Shown piece after piece: positions 60,219 to 64,000 of a stretch of 64,000 nucleotides of DNA. Position 1 is the stretch's first letter; every line of letters begins with the position of its first letter. This DNA is from Dehalococcoidia bacterium (GTDB lineage: Bacteria > Chloroflexota > Dehalococcoidia > Lucifugimonadales > UBA3495). The stretch is taken from the NCBI GenBank assembly GCA_030740155.1, contig JASLXV010000025.1:63930-127929 (forward strand), in the 5' to 3' direction. The position numbers were made by a program, and so were the translations under genes. The notes under the pieces were generated by a model. That model was not told the DNA's origin. It did no database searches and saw only the letters and a program-made list of their open reading frames with translations.

Positions 60219-60569
60219 ATGATTAAAGGAGTCCTGGTAGCATTGGGAATCATGTTGTTGCTGGCGCTGATTCCCATCGTGGGCGTGGTCGGCATCCCCT
60301 TCGGGGCGTTCATCGGGGCGTACTACGGCATATCCTCGGCCGGGAATCTGCGCCGCTCTTACCGGTTCAAGTCTGTGTTGTTCGGCAGCTTGCTCGGGTT
60401 GCTGGTGTTCCTGATCCTGGTGGCGGTAGTGGCGAGTCTGACGGTGACCTTGGATATAAGCCAGCGGTTCCTGTGGCTGTTGTGGCTGTCGGTGGTCGCG
60501 TTCGCCCTGTACACGGCCAGCATGGGCGCATTGGGGGCAATGTACTCCCAGATCAAGAAGTCCGGGTAA
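60219..60569 (+). CDS. Small multi-TM membrane protein
   Basis: LIPIVG...PF..FIGAYYG and YT..MG.LGA hydrophobic segments; TATAAT promoter and GAGGG SD upstream. Confidence 0.7.
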   Translation: MIKGVLVALGIMLLLALIPIVGVVGIPFGAFIGAYYGISSAGNLRRSYRFKSVLFGSLLGLLVFLILVAVVASLTVTLDISQRFLWLLWLSVVAFALYTASMGALGAMYSQIKKSG

Positions 60570-60700
60570 CCGGTGTTGCGGCCGGGTAACCCAAGTGGTA
60601 TACGCAAGCAGTGGAGCGGGTGAGCCCTTGCCGCCCCCTCGAGGAGTCATTTCGGAGATCGTGATGCAGGCCCAGACCAGCCAAGCGGAGCAGCACGGCA

Positions 60701-61672
60701 TTGTCTAGCAAGAAGCTGTTGCTGTTGATTTTCCTGACCGTCCTGGTGTTTGTGGGACTGGCCGGCTACGGCGATTTCAAGGAGATCGGTCGGCAGTTGG
60801 CCCACTTTCCTCTTACCTACATGATTGCCGCTTTGGGCCTGGCACTCGTGAACTACGGGTTGCGGTTCTTGCGCTGGGCCTACTATCTGCGGGTGCTTGG
60901 GATCCGGCCCCCGCTGGGAGTGAACGGTCTGGTGTTTCTGTCCGGGTTGGCCATGTCGATCACACCGGGCAAGGCTGGAGAGCTGATCAAGAGCTACCTT
61001 CTTCGCGACAGGGCCGGAGTTCCTGTGTCCGCCTCGGCCCCCGTGGTTGTCATGGAACGGATCAGCGACGTGATCTCAGTGACACTGCTGGCGCTGCTTG
61101 GCCTTGCCCTGCTGCCGGCGCCATTGGTTGCGGTGCTGGCGGCGGTCCTGTTTCTGTCCGGGGCGGCCCTGGCTTTGATCGCCACCAGGAAGGGTGACCG
61201 CCTGTTCGGATTGCCGCTGCTTCGCCGTTGGAGCAAGGCCCTTCGTGCGTCCTTTCAAGGGCTGCAACAACTGGCGTCTCCCAAGGTGATGCTGGTGGCC
61301 GTCATTTTAGGGTTGGCCGCCTGGTTCAGCGAGGGTATGGCGCTATGGGTGGTTCTGCGAGGTCTGGATGCTGACGTCGCACTGTCGCGGGCGCTGCCGA
61401 TCTATGCCGCCGCCACCCTGGTGGGGGCCCTCAGCGCGTTGCCCGGAGGGCTGGTGGGCACCGAGGGCAGCATGGTCGCCCTGTTGCAGCAGAGTGGGGT
61501 CGCCAGGGGCCCCGCCTCGGCGGCAACCCTGCTGGTCCGGCTGGCAACCCTCTGGTTCGCCGTGGCGGTGGGCCTCGTCGCCCTGGCCTGTGTGAACCGG
61601 TTCGGGCCGCCTCGGCTGGCCGCATCCCCGGCCGGAGAGCAGGACCGCCCAGTCCTGCCGGCGGGTCCTTAG
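60701..61672 (+). CDS. UPF0104 / lysylphosphatidylglycerol-synthase TM-domain (flippase-like) protein
   Basis: LRFLRW.YYL, MSITPGKAGE..K, VMERISD, PGGL.GTE, R.ATLWF. Confidence 0.88.
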   Translation: MSSKKLLLLIFLTVLVFVGLAGYGDFKEIGRQLAHFPLTYMIAALGLALVNYGLRFLRWAYYLRVLGIRPPLGVNGLVFLSGLAMSITPGKAGELIKSYLLRDRAGVPVSASAPVVVMERISDVISVTLLALLGLALLPAPLVAVLAAVLFLSGAALALIATRKGDRLFGLPLLRRWSKALRASFQGLQQLASPKVMLVAVILGLAAWFSEGMALWVVLRGLDADVALSRALPIYAAATLVGALSALPGGLVGTEGSMVALLQQSGVARGPASAATLLVRLATLWFAVAVGLVALACVNRFGPPRLAASPAGEQDRPVLPAGP

Positions 61673-61684
61673 GCTGAGAGGTTT

Positions 61685-62629
61685 ATGGAAGCCCGCGACA
61701 AATTCATCGAGCCGGCCGAGCAGAGTGGTGTGGCATCGCAGCCAACAGCCTTGTTGAAGGCCTTGCGGCCCAAACAGTGGATCCGGAACGGCCTGGTATT
61801 CTTTCCCCTCGTGTTCTCGGTCCAGGTGGCCTGGTCCCTGGACAACCTCGAGCCGGTACCGGGGCTCATCGTCCGGTTACTGGTGCTGCTCGCGGCCTTC
61901 TGCGCCCTGTCGAGTGCCGTTTACCTCTTCAACGACCTGGCGGACCGGGAGGCCGACCGGCAACACCCGGTCAAGCGGTTCCGGCCGATCGCGTCGGGGA
62001 AGGTAGGGGTCCCGCTGGCATTGGCCGCGCTGGTAACCCTGGCTGCGGCCGGACTGGCCGCGATGTTCCTCGTGGAGTGGGTGCTTGGGGTCATCGGCCT
62101 GATCTACCTGGCCATCAACATGGCCTACTCCGTGGGCGTCAAGCAGGTCGTTTTACTGGATGTATTGGCGGTGGCCAGCGGCTACGTCATTCGCGTTGTG
62201 GCCGGAGCCGTCGCCATCGGAGTCACCCCATCGCCTTGGCTATACGTCACCACCGCCGCCGGGGCCCTGTTCATCGTGCTGGGCCGCCGCTACGCCGAGG
62301 TACGGCTGGCCGGGGATTCGGCGGCCGGGCAGCGGCCGGTACTGAGCAAGTACGCCGGGGCTTTCATCGGACAGTGCATCGCCATCTCGGCGACGGCGGC
62401 CTGGCTGAGCTATGCTCTGTACACGGTAGAAGCCGAGAATCTGCCCGAAAACAACACCATGCTGCTCACCCTTCCGCTGGTGACCTTCGGCCTCTTCCGC
62501 TACCTGTACCTGCTGAACACCAGCCGGGAGGCGGAGACCCCTGAGCAGCTTATCGTCAAAGACATCCCCCTGGTCTTGTCCATCCTCTGCTGGATGGGGG
62601 TGTCGGCCCTGGTGCTGCTGTTAAACTAG
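61685..62629 (+). CDS. UbiA-family decaprenyl-phosphate phosphoribosyltransferase-like protein
   Basis: LRPKQW.RN.LVF, SSAVY.FND..D.E.DR.HP.K..RPIASG, YS...K....LDV, RR..E, G.FRY. Confidence 0.9.
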   Translation: MEARDKFIEPAEQSGVASQPTALLKALRPKQWIRNGLVFFPLVFSVQVAWSLDNLEPVPGLIVRLLVLLAAFCALSSAVYLFNDLADREADRQHPVKRFRPIASGKVGVPLALAALVTLAAAGLAAMFLVEWVLGVIGLIYLAINMAYSVGVKQVVLLDVLAVASGYVIRVVAGAVAIGVTPSPWLYVTTAAGALFIVLGRRYAEVRLAGDSAAGQRPVLSKYAGAFIGQCIAISATAAWLSYALYTVEAENLPENNTMLLTLPLVTFGLFRYLYLLNTSREAETPEQLIVKDIPLVLSILCWMGVSALVLLLN

Positions 62630-62675
62630 TTAGTATGACTATCAGCTGTCAGCCGTTAGCGGCGGAGTAGCTTCA

Positions 62676-63845
62676 ATGCAAGTGTCCAACATTCCCGGCG
62701 ATGCCGCGGCTTTGGCGGGTGCGGCCCAACCGGCGGAATCACCGGCTACCCAAAGCCCTCAAACGCCTTCGCGCCCGGTGGTTGCGGTGGTGGCCACCCG
62801 GCCGGAGACCGTTTTGGATGACATCCAGAGAGCCATGGTGCTGGCCGGGGTCAGCCAGCACCTGGACCCGGATGTCACCACCCTGCTGAAGATCAACATC
62901 TCCTGGCAGCATTGGTACCCGGCCTGCTCCACTTCCCCCTGGCAGCTGGAAGGGGTGATCCGGGGGCTGCGAAATCTGGGCCATCGTGAGTTGATCGGTG
63001 CCCACAACGGGACCGTGGTGGTGGACTCCTTCGAGGGAGAGGCCAAGAACAAGCATAAGGTGGTGCAGGACCGGTGCGGCTTGCCGGTGCTGCACCTGGA
63101 TAGCCCTCCCAACCGCTGGGTAGATTACCAGCCCAAGGCCGAGATGCTGGTGCTCCACGACATATTCCCTGAGGGTATTCAGATCCCGGAGTCGTTCGCC
63201 GGGGCCAATATCGTCCACCTGCCCACGATGAAGACCCACGTCTTCACCACCATGACCGGCTCGATGAAAAATGCCTTCGGCGGCCTGTTGCACCGGAAGC
63301 GCCACTGGACCCACTCGGTGATCCACGAAACGCTGGTGGACCTGTTGGCCATTCAGAAAGAGATACATCCGGGCATCTTCGCGGTCATGGACGGCACCTT
63401 CGCCGGCGACGGCCCGGGCCCTCGGGCCATGCGGTGGCACATCAAGGACCGCATCCTGGCCGGTGCCGACCAGGTGGCCATCGACGCCGTCGCCGCCAGG
63501 ATGATGGGCTTCGACCCCATGGGCATAAAGTTCATCCGGCTGGCCCACGAGCGGAGACTGGGCTGCGGCGACACCTCTCAGATAGAAATCGTGGGCGAAG
63601 ATATCGGCCGGGTGAATTGGGGTTTCTCCGGGGTGGAGAACACCTTCGCCAGCTGCGGCCAGAAGCTGATCTACTGGGGGCCGTTGAAGCCCCTGGAGAA
63701 GCTGCTGCTGCGCAGCCCCCTGGCCGGGTGGGCCTTCCTGGCCTCCAACCTTTACCACAACGGCTACTGGCTGAAGACCAAAGGCCGCAGCCGCATCAAG
63801 GCTGCCCTGGAAACCGAGTGGGGACAGCTGTTTCAATCGTATTAA
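62676..63845 (+). CDS. DUF362 domain protein (putative Fe-S)
   Basis: LK.NISW, ST.PWQLEGVI, HLPTMKTHVFT..TG.MKNAFGGLL, MDGT.AGDGPGPR, DQVAIDAV.A.MMGFDP. Confidence 0.85.
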   Translation: MQVSNIPGDAAALAGAAQPAESPATQSPQTPSRPVVAVVATRPETVLDDIQRAMVLAGVSQHLDPDVTTLLKINISWQHWYPACSTSPWQLEGVIRGLRNLGHRELIGAHNGTVVVDSFEGEAKNKHKVVQDRCGLPVLHLDSPPNRWVDYQPKAEMLVLHDIFPEGIQIPESFAGANIVHLPTMKTHVFTTMTGSMKNAFGGLLHRKRHWTHSVIHETLVDLLAIQKEIHPGIFAVMDGTFAGDGPGPRAMRWHIKDRILAGADQVAIDAVAARMMGFDPMGIKFIRLAHERRLGCGDTSQIEIVGEDIGRVNWGFSGVENTFASCGQKLIYWGPLKPLEKLLLRSPLAGWAFLASNLYHNGYWLKTKGRSRIKAALETEWGQLFQSY

Positions 63846-63866
63846 GGATGGGGACATAACATTGCC

Positions 63867-64000
63867 ATGGATGTAGCAATCATAGGCCTGCCGCAGAGCG
63901 GCAAGACCACCGCCTTCAACGCCCTGACCCGTGGGCACACCGACACCAGTGGCGCCGGAGCGGAGATGCACGTAGGGGTGGTGAAGGTCGCCGACCCCCG
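63867..64000 (+). CDS. ychF: YchF ATPase (3' truncated by window edge)
   Basis: IIGLPQSGKTT.FNALT.G ... VGVVKV.DPR. Confidence 0.85.
   Translation, partial: MDVAIIGLPQSGKTTAFNALTRGHTDTSGAGAEMHVGVVKVADP

Noticed and set aside
59967..60701. 381-aa version of the PaaI ORF, and similar long N-terminal extensions of RidA, NUDIX, moeB, cysM and rplA
   Set aside because: The extensions overlap other genes or promoters; downstream starts have proper SD sequences.

Overview
GC-rich bacterial chromosome segment, most consistent with Chloroflexota/Dehalococcoidia (SAR202-like). This is inferred from a stand-alone 16S rRNA gene, a Gram-positive-type LexA box, no rimP before nusA, and runs of paralogous SDRs and family III CoA-transferases next to an F420-type LLM enzyme. 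Housekeeping content: tRNA-Thr/Tyr/Thr-tuf-rpmG-secE-nusG-rplKAJL (not followed by rpoBC), apt, an unlinked 16S rRNA gene, thiL-tsaE-tsaB-ndk, rsfS, gltBD, pyk, gyrB-rpsT, lexA, nusA-ylxR-infB-rbfA-truB and the start of ychF. Accessory content: a ~11 kb catabolic cluster, a HicAB/lipoprotein islet, a thiolase/DUF35 pair and a UPF0104-UbiA-DUF362 cluster. The best new observation is a candidate cysteine-sensing transcription attenuator in front of a moeB-like/cysM-like operon: promoter, a 19-aa leader peptide ending DCTCTCPPS, alternative hairpins and an intrinsic terminator. Other highlights are an S41 protease-like lipoprotein lacking both catalytic residues, an unrecognised three-module membrane-hairpin protein family, two premature amber codons that both fit a CCAGG>CTAGG change, a frameshifted Zn-ribbon mini-gene after rplL and a probable ACG start for rsfS. 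No CRISPR array, transposase, integrase or prophage was seen. All product calls come from motif recognition by eye, not database searches.
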